Shown here: positions 11,292-18,930 of the stretch, one piece after another
How positions within the stretch are numbered: position 1 is the first letter of the stretch
Layout: each line of letters begins with the position of its first letter
Assembly (NCBI GenBank): GCA_013178285.1
Contig: JABLXD010000007.1
Coordinates: forward strand, 18,093-82,092
Source of the DNA: Methanofastidiosum sp.
GTDB taxonomy: Archaea; Methanobacteriota_B; Thermococci; Methanofastidiosales; Methanofastidiosaceae
DNA length: 64,000 nucleotides
Direction of reading: 5' to 3'
Position numbers and translations under genes: made by a program
The notes under the pieces: model-generated
Told to the model about the DNA's origin: nothing
Seen by the model: only the letters and a program-made list of their open reading frames with translations
Databases searched by the model: none

Positions 11292-12140
11292 ATGTTTGTT
11301 ACATCGCTCTCATCAAAACAAACTTTACAGCAGTTAAAGGGAGATTTCAAATTAATCGATTGCCATTTTGAAAGATTTCCTGATGGAGAAGGCTATGTCA
11401 GATTTGACGAAAAGGTAAAAAATGTTAAAGAGATTCTTATAGTACAATCATTATATTACCCGCAGGACGAGCATATAATGCAACTTTTTTTCATGATTGA
11501 TGCATTAAAAGACCTAAACATCAAAATTAATCTTCTAATTCCATATATGGCTTATGCAAGACAAGACAAGAGATTTAAAGACTGGGAATCTGTATCAGGT
11601 ATTTCTCTAGCAAAGATGATAGATAGATTCGATTTAGAATCCAAATATACGGTAGATATACACGATCTTAAAGTCACAAAAGCTATGAACGGAGAAAATT
11701 TGTCAGCTATGCCGTTGATCGCAGATTATTTGATGGATCTAAATCTAAAAGAGCCCGTTATTATTTCTCCTGACAAGGGCTCAGTTGAAAGGGCAAAAAT
11801 AGTTGCAGACCAAATGGACGCAGAGTTTGATCATCTTGAGAAAACAAGGCTTTCCGGGGACACAGTGGAGATAAGACCAAAAGAGATTAATACTAAGAAC
11901 AGAGACGTAGCAATTGTTGACGATATCATATCAACTGGGGGAACTATGGCAAAGGCATGTGAAGTCCTAAAAAGAGAAGGAACACTAAAAGTACTATCTG
12001 GGGCAACACACCTCCTAATGATATCAAATGCTGAGGAAAGACTAAAAAAGGCAGGAATAGACGGAATTTTTGGTTCTGATTCTATACCTTCCAAATTCTC
12101 GGACATCTCAATTGCATCTATAATAGAAGAAATGTTTTAG
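11292..12140 (+). CDS. prs: Ribose-phosphate pyrophosphokinase (PRPP synthetase)
   Basis: The 282 aa protein has the PRPP-binding loop VAIVDDIISTGGTMAKA. Confidence 0.85.
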   Translation: MFVTSLSSKQTLQQLKGDFKLIDCHFERFPDGEGYVRFDEKVKNVKEILIVQSLYYPQDEHIMQLFFMIDALKDLNIKINLLIPYMAYARQDKRFKDWESVSGISLAKMIDRFDLESKYTVDIHDLKVTKAMNGENLSAMPLIADYLMDLNLKEPVIISPDKGSVERAKIVADQMDAEFDHLEKTRLSGDTVEIRPKEINTKNRDVAIVDDIISTGGTMAKACEVLKREGTLKVLSGATHLLMISNAEERLKKAGIDGIFGSDSIPSKFSDISIASIIEEMF

Positions 12141-12148
12141 GGGATTAA

Positions 12149-12694
12149 ATGATTGATCTTGGGGAAGTAAAAAAGCTAAGGAAAAAATTTGGGATAACCC
12201 AAAAAGAGTTAGCCGACAAAGCAGGAGTTACTCAAGCTTACATAGCTAAACTTGAAAACAAACAAATTGATCCAAAACTTTCTACCTTCAACAAGATCTT
12301 AAATGCCTTAGAAGAGCTAAGGGCAAGAATGAAAAAAATAGAGGATGTTATGATTTCGCCAGTAATCTTTGTTCACCCCAAGGATAAAGTTAGTGACGCT
12401 ATAACAATAATGGCAAAATATAATATATCACAACTACCTGTCATGAGAAATGGAATACCAGTAGGTAGCCTTTCTGAGAAATCACTTGTAAAAAAACTTG
12501 GGCTTGGGAAAATATGTGAGAGTCCAGACCTCACAGTATCTGAGATCATGGATGAAAGTTTTCCAGTAGTTTCCAAGAGGCAAAGTTTTGTCGAAGTTTA
12601 TACCTTGCTAAAAGAAAATCAAGCCGTTCTTATAGAAGAAATGGGAAGGGTCGTAGGGATAATTACCAGGGCAGACATCCTCGATAAAATATAA
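12149..12694 (+). CDS. Transcriptional regulator with an XRE-type HTH domain and a CBS domain pair
   Basis: The N-terminal HTH is FGITQKELADKAGVTQAYIAKLE. The C-terminal half has CBS-like motifs (PVMRNGIPVGSLSEKSL, VVGIITRADIL). Confidence 0.7.
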   Translation: MIDLGEVKKLRKKFGITQKELADKAGVTQAYIAKLENKQIDPKLSTFNKILNALEELRARMKKIEDVMISPVIFVHPKDKVSDAITIMAKYNISQLPVMRNGIPVGSLSEKSLVKKLGLGKICESPDLTVSEIMDESFPVVSKRQSFVEVYTLLKENQAVLIEEMGRVVGIITRADILDKI

Positions 12695-12752
12695 TATTTT
12701 AATAGTTAATTTTAAAAACAAATCTTCATTCCATAGGAAAAGGAGGTTTGAC

Positions 12753-13202
12753 ATGCCAATAATTAATTTTAATATTACAAAAGCTGAAGTAGAAAAGAAA
12801 AAATTGGAGAAGGCCCCTGAGGGTCCAGTAAGTTTCACGCAGACACCAAACATTGTCTCAATTAAAGAGATGCAAATGTCTGGCCCCGGAGGAAGATTAA
12901 ACGTCTTAGATGTTGAGTTTGATTTCCTTTCAAATTATGAGCCTGCAGTAGGTAGTGCAAGCATAAAGGGAAATGTTTACTATCAAGAAGGCGAAGAGTT
13001 CAGAAAGAAAATCATTGAACAGTGGGAAGGTAAAAAGCAACTAGACACAGCATTTTTTGATGAAGTCATTAATGGAATAAATGCTAAATGCTACGTATTT
13101 TCAATGATGTTGATAAAGGAACTAGGCCTTCCAATCGCAACACCTTTTAGATACAGCGCTTCTCCAGACGCTGCTAAGGCTGAAAAGCCAAAGAAGAAAT
13201 AA
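12753..13202 (+). CDS. Hypothetical protein (149 aa, Lys-rich C-terminus) with a strong SD AGGAGGT
   Basis: The ORF has a good RBS and no motif I recognise. It lies immediately upstream of the methyltransferase-corrinoid fusion gene. Confidence 0.4.
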   Translation: MPIINFNITKAEVEKKKLEKAPEGPVSFTQTPNIVSIKEMQMSGPGGRLNVLDVEFDFLSNYEPAVGSASIKGNVYYQEGEEFRKKIIEQWEGKKQLDTAFFDEVINGINAKCYVFSMMLIKELGLPIATPFRYSASPDAAKAEKPKKK

Positions 13203-13277
13203 TTTTTCTATAATTAATTCTATATTTTTTCTTTTAAATTAAAAATTTATTAATGTTTTTTTAACTGATTAAATAAT

Positions 13278-13296
13278 TGGATGGCTAGACCATCCA
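13278..13296. promoter_or_regulatory. Hairpin TGGATGG-ctaga-CCATCCA (7 bp GC-containing stem) between the hypothetical ORF and the methyltransferase gene
   Basis: This perfect 7 bp inverted repeat with a 5 nt loop stands out in AT-rich intergenic DNA, about 90 nt upstream of the TTG start at 13385. Confidence 0.3.
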
Positions 13297-13384
13297 TGAA
13301 AAAGCTTTTATAAATTAATCAGAAGGAACAATCGGGTTAGTTAACCTAATTTTATTTGGTTGGCTACATAAAGGAGGAGATTAT

Positions 13385-15138
13385 TTGGCATTAAGAGAAA
13401 TGACACCATATAGAAGATTTATGTCAGCTATGGCCGGTGGTCGTGTTGACAGAACACCTACTATAGTACTTTCAAACTTTTGTAAAGAATTAATGGCTTC
13501 AACAAACGTTACCTGGCCAGCATGTCAGACTGATTCAAAGGTTATGGCACAGTTCCAGGCAGGCAGATATGAAGTTTGGGGATTAGATTTACTTATATCC
13601 CACAATGATTTAGTATCTGAATCAACTATGCTTGGTGCAGATATTGATTTAGGAACTGATTTAAGACATCCATCTGTATTAAAACATGTTCTTGAAAACA
13701 CTGACCCAACAAAATACAACTTGCCAAAAGACGTTATATCCAAGGGAAGAAATCCAATTGTTGAAGGTTCAACTAAGATTCTAGTCGAAAAATATGAAAA
13801 ACTTGTTCCTGTTTTTAGAACTGTTACAGGTCCAATGACCATTGCAGGTCACCTTTGGGGCGTAGACAGAATATTAATGTGGTCAAAACAAGAAGAAAAG
13901 AAATTTGAAGCTTGTCTTGATATTTGTACTGATCTTTGTATTGAAATCTTAGGAACTCTGTTGATTCAAGTGGCGCAGATGGATTTTACATGCCTGATCC
14001 AACAGCTTCAGGAGACTTACTTGATCCAAAGGATTACCAGTACTTCCTTGAGCCAAGATATAAGAGAATGACAAAGGAATTAAAAGATACTATGTCTATC
14101 TTACATATCTGTGGTGACACAAGAGGTTACATGGACAGGATACCACACTCTGGATTTGATGCATTCTCATTCGAGGCACCTGGTACCTCAGTTAAAGAAG
14201 CAGTTATGGGTCTTGGAGACAGGGTTACACTCGTCGGAAGTTTGGAAACAATCCCAGTCGTCATGATGGGTACACCAGAATATGTTTACACACAATCACT
14301 TAGAGATATTGCAGATGGAGTAGATATTCTTTCTCCAGCATGCGGTACACCACCAATGACTCCAAATGCAAACATAAGGGCCATGGTAGAAGCTTGTGGG
14401 CCAAAGAAAGTAAAGAGAAAAGTCGTTGCGCTAAGCAAAGAAGAGATTATAAAGAAGTACACACCAGCAAAACCTGAATTTGCAGAAATTACAAAAGCAG
14501 TCATGATAGGTGACGCAGATAAAGCTGAAAAGCTCGTAGTAGCTGCACTCGAAAAAGGATTAAAGCCAATTGATTTAGTAGAGGAAGCATTGTTACCTGG
14601 TGCAATTGGTGTAGCAGAAATGTACGATGGTGGATACGCATTCGTTCCTGAAATATTACTCGCTGCAAACGCAATGAAGAAAGGTATCAGCCACTGCCAG
14701 AGCGCAATGGGAGATGTCAAGCCAAAAGGTAAGATTATTATGCACGTTGCATTCGGTGACGTTCACGCCATTGGAAAAGACATTGTAAAGTCAATCTTGA
14801 TTGCAAAGGGATACCAAGTTACTGATCTAGGGGCAAGTGTTCCATGGGATAAAGTAATTGAAGCTGCAAAGAAAGAAAAACCTGATGTAGTATCCGGTAC
14901 TGCTTTAATGACAACAACAAGAACTGCATTCCCCAAGGTAGCCGAACTTATGAAGAAGGAAGGATTAGAGGTCCCATTCATAGTTGCCGGTGGAGCAGTC
15001 GACCCAGCTTACGCAGAGACAATGGACTATGCAATATACTGTAAAGGACCAGGAGATGCTGAGCCTGTCTTTGAAGGTATAAGAAAAGGCAAGAAGTGGC
15101 AACAAATCAGAGAAGAAGAACACAAGAAATACAAATAA
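13385..15138 (+). CDS. MtaA/MtsA-family (URO-D fold) methyltransferase fused to a C-terminal corrinoid (B12)-binding domain; interrupted by a 1-nt frameshift near 13945-13955
   Basis: The N-terminus MTPYRRFMSAMAGGRVDRTP matches the methylcobamide:CoM methyltransferase family, and the region CIEIL/NSVDSSGADGFYMPDPTASGDLL aligns with MtaA (SIEYAKAQIEAGADAVMIADPVASPDL). The C-terminal half has B12-binding_2 plus B12-binding motifs (GDVHAIGKDIVKSILIAKGYQVTDLGASVP). It starts at TTG preceded by GGAGG. ORFs 13385-14071 (frame 2) and 13990-15138 (frame 1) overlap. Confidence 0.8.
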
Positions 15139-15262
15139 ATATTTAATTTTTTCTTATTCTTTTTTTATACTAATTTTTCAATTCATTTTTATTTTAGAAG
15201 AGAGTAATCTCTCAAAAACTTTTTATATTTAGACAATTATAATTTATTCTAGGTTGATTTAA

Positions 15263-16003
15263 ATGAAAAAAATTGCTATTATAGGAGGAACTGGCGGACA
15301 GGGCTCGGGACTTGCATTGAGGTGGGCAAGAGCTGGACATGAAGTCTTTATTGGATCTAGGGAAGAGAAAAAGGCCTGTACTTCTGCCGATAGTTTAAAA
15401 ACGATTTGTATTGATACTGCATGCTCTTTGTTAGAAATAGAAAAAACAGATGTCCAAGCTGTAAAGGAAAAAGTTCCTGAAGCGAAGATATCAGGATTTG
15501 ACAATTTAGAAGCTACAAAGAAAGCAGACATAGTAGTGATAAGCGTTCCTTATTCACACTTAATTCCAACAATTGCTTCTATTAAGGAAGCTTTAACTGA
15601 AGGTAAAATAATTGTATCTGTAGTTGTGCCTCTTTCAACTGCTGTGGGCGGAAAAGCAACTACTATGATATCCCCGTGGGAAGGCAGCGCTGCTGAAGTT
15701 ATCCAGAGTTTAGTTCCAGAAAATGTTCAAGTTATTAGCGCATTTCAGAATGTTAGTGCAGATAGGCTTTCTGACCTTGAAAAAGATGTCGATTGTGATA
15801 TAATGGTATGTGGAGGCTCAAAAGATGCAAGAAAAAACATAATGGAACTTGCAAAGGATATACCTGGCGCTAGAGCAATTGATGGTGGACCACTACAAAA
15901 TGCAAGACTTATTGAGCCAATAACTGCATTGTTGATCGGGATGAACATAAGGTACAAAGTCAGAGAAGGAATGGGCATCAGATTTACTTATCTTCCTGAA
16001 TAA
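15263..16003 (+). CDS. fno: F420H2:NADP+ oxidoreductase (F420-dependent NADP reductase)
   Basis: The 246 aa protein has the N-terminal Rossmann motif IAIIGGTGGQGSGLALRWARAGHEVFIGSR. Throughout it resembles Archaeoglobus/methanogen Fno (DCDIMVCGG, IDGGPLQNARLIEPITALLI). Confidence 0.8.
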   Translation: MKKIAIIGGTGGQGSGLALRWARAGHEVFIGSREEKKACTSADSLKTICIDTACSLLEIEKTDVQAVKEKVPEAKISGFDNLEATKKADIVVISVPYSHLIPTIASIKEALTEGKIIVSVVVPLSTAVGGKATTMISPWEGSAAEVIQSLVPENVQVISAFQNVSADRLSDLEKDVDCDIMVCGGSKDARKNIMELAKDIPGARAIDGGPLQNARLIEPITALLIGMNIRYKVREGMGIRFTYLPE

Positions 16004-16020
16004 AAAATAATTTTTTAAAT

Positions 16021-16464
16021 TTATTCTGAGTATAATCCTTCTTTTTTATTATATACTTCTATTATGTTGCCATCTGGATCATAAAAATAGAAGAATCTCT
16101 TGCCATTTATTTTTGGATGGGGGTGTGTAAGCGTTACTGGCTCTGAAACTGTTTCTATGCAATTATTTACAAATTTTTGGTGAAGTGCATCAACATCCTC
16201 AACTTCAAAAGCTATGTGGTTAAATATTGAAGGACTTTCCATGAGGCCATTTTTGAATTCTACTAGCTCGATATTTACTTTGGATTTTTTATCAGATAAT
16301 ACTGCAAATACAACGTCAAAGTCATTTAGACCCGTTACTTTTTCGAACTGTTCACCGTTAATTGGATGTTCAAAGACTGCCTCTAATCCTAGTGTTTCTT
16401 TATAGAATCTTTTTGATGTTTCAAGATTTGAAACAAGTAAGGCTATGTGATTTAAAATTGCCAT
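16021..16464 (-). CDS. VOC family protein (glyoxalase/bleomycin-resistance/dioxygenase fold)
   Basis: The 147 aa protein has the N-terminus LNHIALLVSNLETSKRFYKETLGLE, typical of glyoxalase I-like proteins. Confidence 0.7.
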   Translation of the reverse strand: MAILNHIALLVSNLETSKRFYKETLGLEAVFEHPINGEQFEKVTGLNDFDVVFAVLSDKKSKVNIELVEFKNGLMESPSIFNHIAFEVEDVDALHQKFVNNCIETVSEPVTLTHPHPKINGKRFFYFYDPDGNIIEVYNKKEGLYSE

Positions 16465-16505
16465 AAATACTTTAAGAAATGGATAGTTTTAAAGGTTTTG
16501 AAATG

Positions 16506-16661
16506 ATTACTTTATAATTTTACTAATGTTATAACCGGTTTTAATATAACCTGAAAGAAGGGAGTTTCCATTATATTACAACCTTTATATTGGATAAACT
16601 TCTTTCCCTATTTTCCCTAATTTTTTCCATATCCTTAAATATATGGAAAAGATGAAATTAA
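16506..16661 (+). repeat. Intergenic module A, copy 1 (156 bp), promoter-like, with hairpin and TATA-embedded palindrome
   Basis: This copy is near-identical to 56501-56656 (same length, no indels; differences are concentrated in 16550-16570). It contains TTTATAAT, the stem TAATATAA/TTATATTA, and TTCCATAT-N8-ATATGGAA overlapping TTAAATATAT. Confidence 0.85.
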
Positions 16662-16690
16662 TCAAATTGAATTTAAGTAAGAGAGATTAA

Positions 16691-17068
16691 ATGACATTAG
16701 ACAATAACTTAATTGTTGTATTTTTATTACTTAGCTTAGTCGAACTCTTAACTTTTTTTTCTATTTTAAATAGTCTAAGATATCGTAAATATGGCAAATT
16801 GATTCGAATTGATGCGAATATTCCAGAAACTCATTATACTGGAAATGGTGTTCTAGCCTACCTAATTCTAATCTTTATGTTTGTTAATCTCTTTGCTATA
16901 TTTCTTTTGAAATTTTGGGGTTTCGTATTTTCAGTTCTATGGATAACCTTTAGCAGTATTTTCCTCTACTGGTACTGGCACACCAAGGAAGATCCTCTAA
17001 ATCGTTTCCACTACGAGCAGAAGGTCTGGGAGGATCCAAGGGACAAGAAGAAAAAGGAGACCAACTAA
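16691..17068 (+). CDS. Hypothetical small membrane protein (125 aa, three predicted TM helices)
   Basis: The ORF has hydrophobic segments and a Lys-rich C-terminus. Its stop overlaps the start of the next ORF (TAAATG). Confidence 0.5.
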   Translation: MTLDNNLIVVFLLLSLVELLTFFSILNSLRYRKYGKLIRIDANIPETHYTGNGVLAYLILIFMFVNLFAIFLLKFWGFVFSVLWITFSSIFLYWYWHTKEDPLNRFHYEQKVWEDPRDKKKKETN

Positions 17069-17752
17069 ATGACATCCGACTTCAAACCCGGCAAAGCATA
17101 CCTGATAGAAGGCAAGGGCATAGAACAGGTGAAGAGTGAGATCAAGGATTGGCTTACTGAAAAAGGGATAGAAGTAAAAGAAGAAGATGAAAATTCACTT
17201 ATAGCGTATAATTATTTTTATAGTTTCAAGATTAGCCAGATATGGATTAGTCTAAAATTGGAAAATCACATTTCTGAAACTGTTATCACTTTTGATGAAA
17301 GAGTATATAGGTTTCAGATGTGGTTGATTGTTGGGGGCCAGTACTATTACCTCGACGAAATAAGAAAAGATATGGTAAGGTATCTCAAAGGAAAAGATGA
17401 AATTGGCATCAATACAATTGGCAGATATTGCGCTTTATCATACTTGCCCATGTTGCCTGCCTTAATATTTTGGGGCGTTCCATTCTTTTCGGGAATGTTT
17501 TCCATCGTGCTTGAAGAGAGTATCTGGAATTTATTTATGAAATTATTTCTAATTTTTATCTTAATTGGTAATTTATGCTCTATGTATCTAGAATTTGTCC
17601 CTCTTAGAAAAAAATTAGACGCTCTTGCAAATTCATATGAACACTATATTGAAAAATATTCGGGAGAAGAGTATAAGGTGGACATATTTCCACTTATTGG
17701 ATATTTTTTTATCTGTCTAATATTCTTCTTTTTTATAATTTACCACATATAA
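17069..17752 (+). CDS. Hypothetical membrane protein (227 aa; about 110 aa soluble N-domain followed by TM helices)
   Basis: It is translationally coupled to the upstream ORF, and the pair is bracketed by repeat modules A1 and B1. Confidence 0.5.
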   Translation: MTSDFKPGKAYLIEGKGIEQVKSEIKDWLTEKGIEVKEEDENSLIAYNYFYSFKISQIWISLKLENHISETVITFDERVYRFQMWLIVGGQYYYLDEIRKDMVRYLKGKDEIGINTIGRYCALSYLPMLPALIFWGVPFFSGMFSIVLEESIWNLFMKLFLIFILIGNLCSMYLEFVPLRKKLDALANSYEHYIEKYSGEEYKVDIFPLIGYFFICLIFFFFIIYHI

Positions 17753-17760
17753 GACGAAAT

Positions 17761-17797
17761 TATAGTTTATTAAGTTAAACTTTATAATTTTACTAAT
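17761..17797 (+). repeat. Intergenic module B, copy 1 (TATAGTTTATTAAGTTAAACTTTATAATTTTACTAAT)
   Basis: This copy shares the 22-mer ACTTTATAATTTTACTAAT with module A and matches 58062-58100 almost exactly. It is followed by the hairpin ATTACAgggcttTGTAAT. Confidence 0.7.
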
Positions 17798-17890
17798 ATT
17801 ACAGGGCTTTGTAATATAATGAAGAATTCAATGAACTGTTTTATCTAAGAAAGGAATTAGTATATAAAAATAAATAAAATAAAATTTATT

Positions 17891-18790
17891 TTATGGAACA
17901 ACTAGTTGTATCCTTATTGTGTCAAATGTTCCATTTGTAGAGTAAGCTACCATAGAGATATTATAAGTTCCTGATGGAACGTTTGTACCTACTGTGAATG
18001 TTGCGCTGTATGTACCTATATTATGTGCCTTTATTGTCTGTGTAGCTGGAGTTAATTCTACTGTGACTCCATCTGGGAGCCCAATGAATCTTACTCTTGC
18101 ATCCTTTTGTGTAAAGAATCCTCTGTTCTCAACTTGTATCATTGTCTGCTGTACACCAGGCAAAACATTGAAAGCTGAGATGATTTTACCATCCTTTATT
18201 ATGGTTGCGCCACCGCTAACTGCAAATCCTTCAATGTCGACTTTTGGGTATAAAGCCTGCTTTCCTTTACATTCACAGATTGAGTAAAGTTTCCAGGAAT
18301 AGGTAATAGGACAATCTGAATTCTCGCTGTTTACAACTTGAATACTTTCAAATTCTTTTATTACACTTCCTTGTATAAATTCATTCTCACTAAAAGGAAA
18401 CCTAATATCCACACCATCTACAACTCCGCACTCTGGGTCAAATTGAGGTGAGCTAATCCCGTGTTCTTCTCCTTTATAGTAAGCTGTAATCCAAAAAATT
18501 GCTAGAGGGGGGTCTCCTGTACATTCTATGCATTCTTGTGTTTGCCCTTTTATTTGGAGATAGTAATAACAATCTTCAAGAATAAAAGAAGGTACACTAT
18601 ATGATCTGTTTTCGCCAGGTTGAAGAGTTGTGTTAAATGACCAAACTAGTTTTTCATTATAGCACTCAAAAGGCACCCCTTCAACAAACATATCGTCCAT
18701 TGGATTCTGACCAAGTACTGTTGAAAGGCTACTAATCGCCAATAAAAATATACCAATTAAAGCAATGATTCCTTTTTTCATGTTTACCAC
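17891..18790 (-). CDS. Hypothetical secreted/anchored Cys-rich protein with a C-terminal Ig-like (CARDB-like) domain
   Basis: It has an N-terminal signal/TM segment (MKKGIIALIGIFLLAISSLSTVLGQ) and 9 Cys. The C-terminus has a beta-sandwich-like pattern. Confidence 0.45.
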   Translation of the reverse strand: MVNMKKGIIALIGIFLLAISSLSTVLGQNPMDDMFVEGVPFECYNEKLVWSFNTTLQPGENRSYSVPSFILEDCYYYLQIKGQTQECIECTGDPPLAIFWITAYYKGEEHGISSPQFDPECGVVDGVDIRFPFSENEFIQGSVIKEFESIQVVNSENSDCPITYSWKLYSICECKGKQALYPKVDIEGFAVSGGATIIKDGKIISAFNVLPGVQQTMIQVENRGFFTQKDARVRFIGLPDGVTVELTPATQTIKAHNIGTYSATFTVGTNVPSGTYNISMVAYSTNGTFDTIRIQLVVP

Positions 18791-18887
18791 CTTTAATATT
18801 CATTTAAATGAAATCTTAATATTATATAAAAGTTTTGGATTTTACCGAGGGATTATTTGAAAGGGCCAATTTAAATATCCATTTATA

Positions 18888-18930
18888 TTTTATTAAGTTA
18901 AATTGAACTATTTTACTAAAATTACAAGCC
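18888..18930 (+). repeat. Intergenic module B-like, copy 3 (degenerate)
   Basis: TTTATTAAGTTAAAttgaacTATTTTACTAAaATTACAAGCC combines the B core with the ATTACAAGCC segment seen in module A2. Confidence 0.4.

Noticed and set aside
13945-13955. Programmed -1 ribosomal frameshift in the methyltransferase-corrinoid gene
   Set aside because: There is no X-XXY-YYZ slippery heptamer and no obvious downstream pseudoknot at the junction (gaaatcttagg). A simple indel, whether sequencing or mutational, is more parsimonious.
16652-16690. 12-codon upstream ORF MKLIKLNLSKRD ending TAA-ATG at the start of the membrane ORF, as a possible leader peptide of module A
   Set aside because: The conserved GATGAAATTAA is present in module A2 as well, but there the ATG is in a different frame from the downstream gene and terminates after 5 codons. 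A conserved leader peptide is therefore not supported; the conservation is at the DNA/RNA level.
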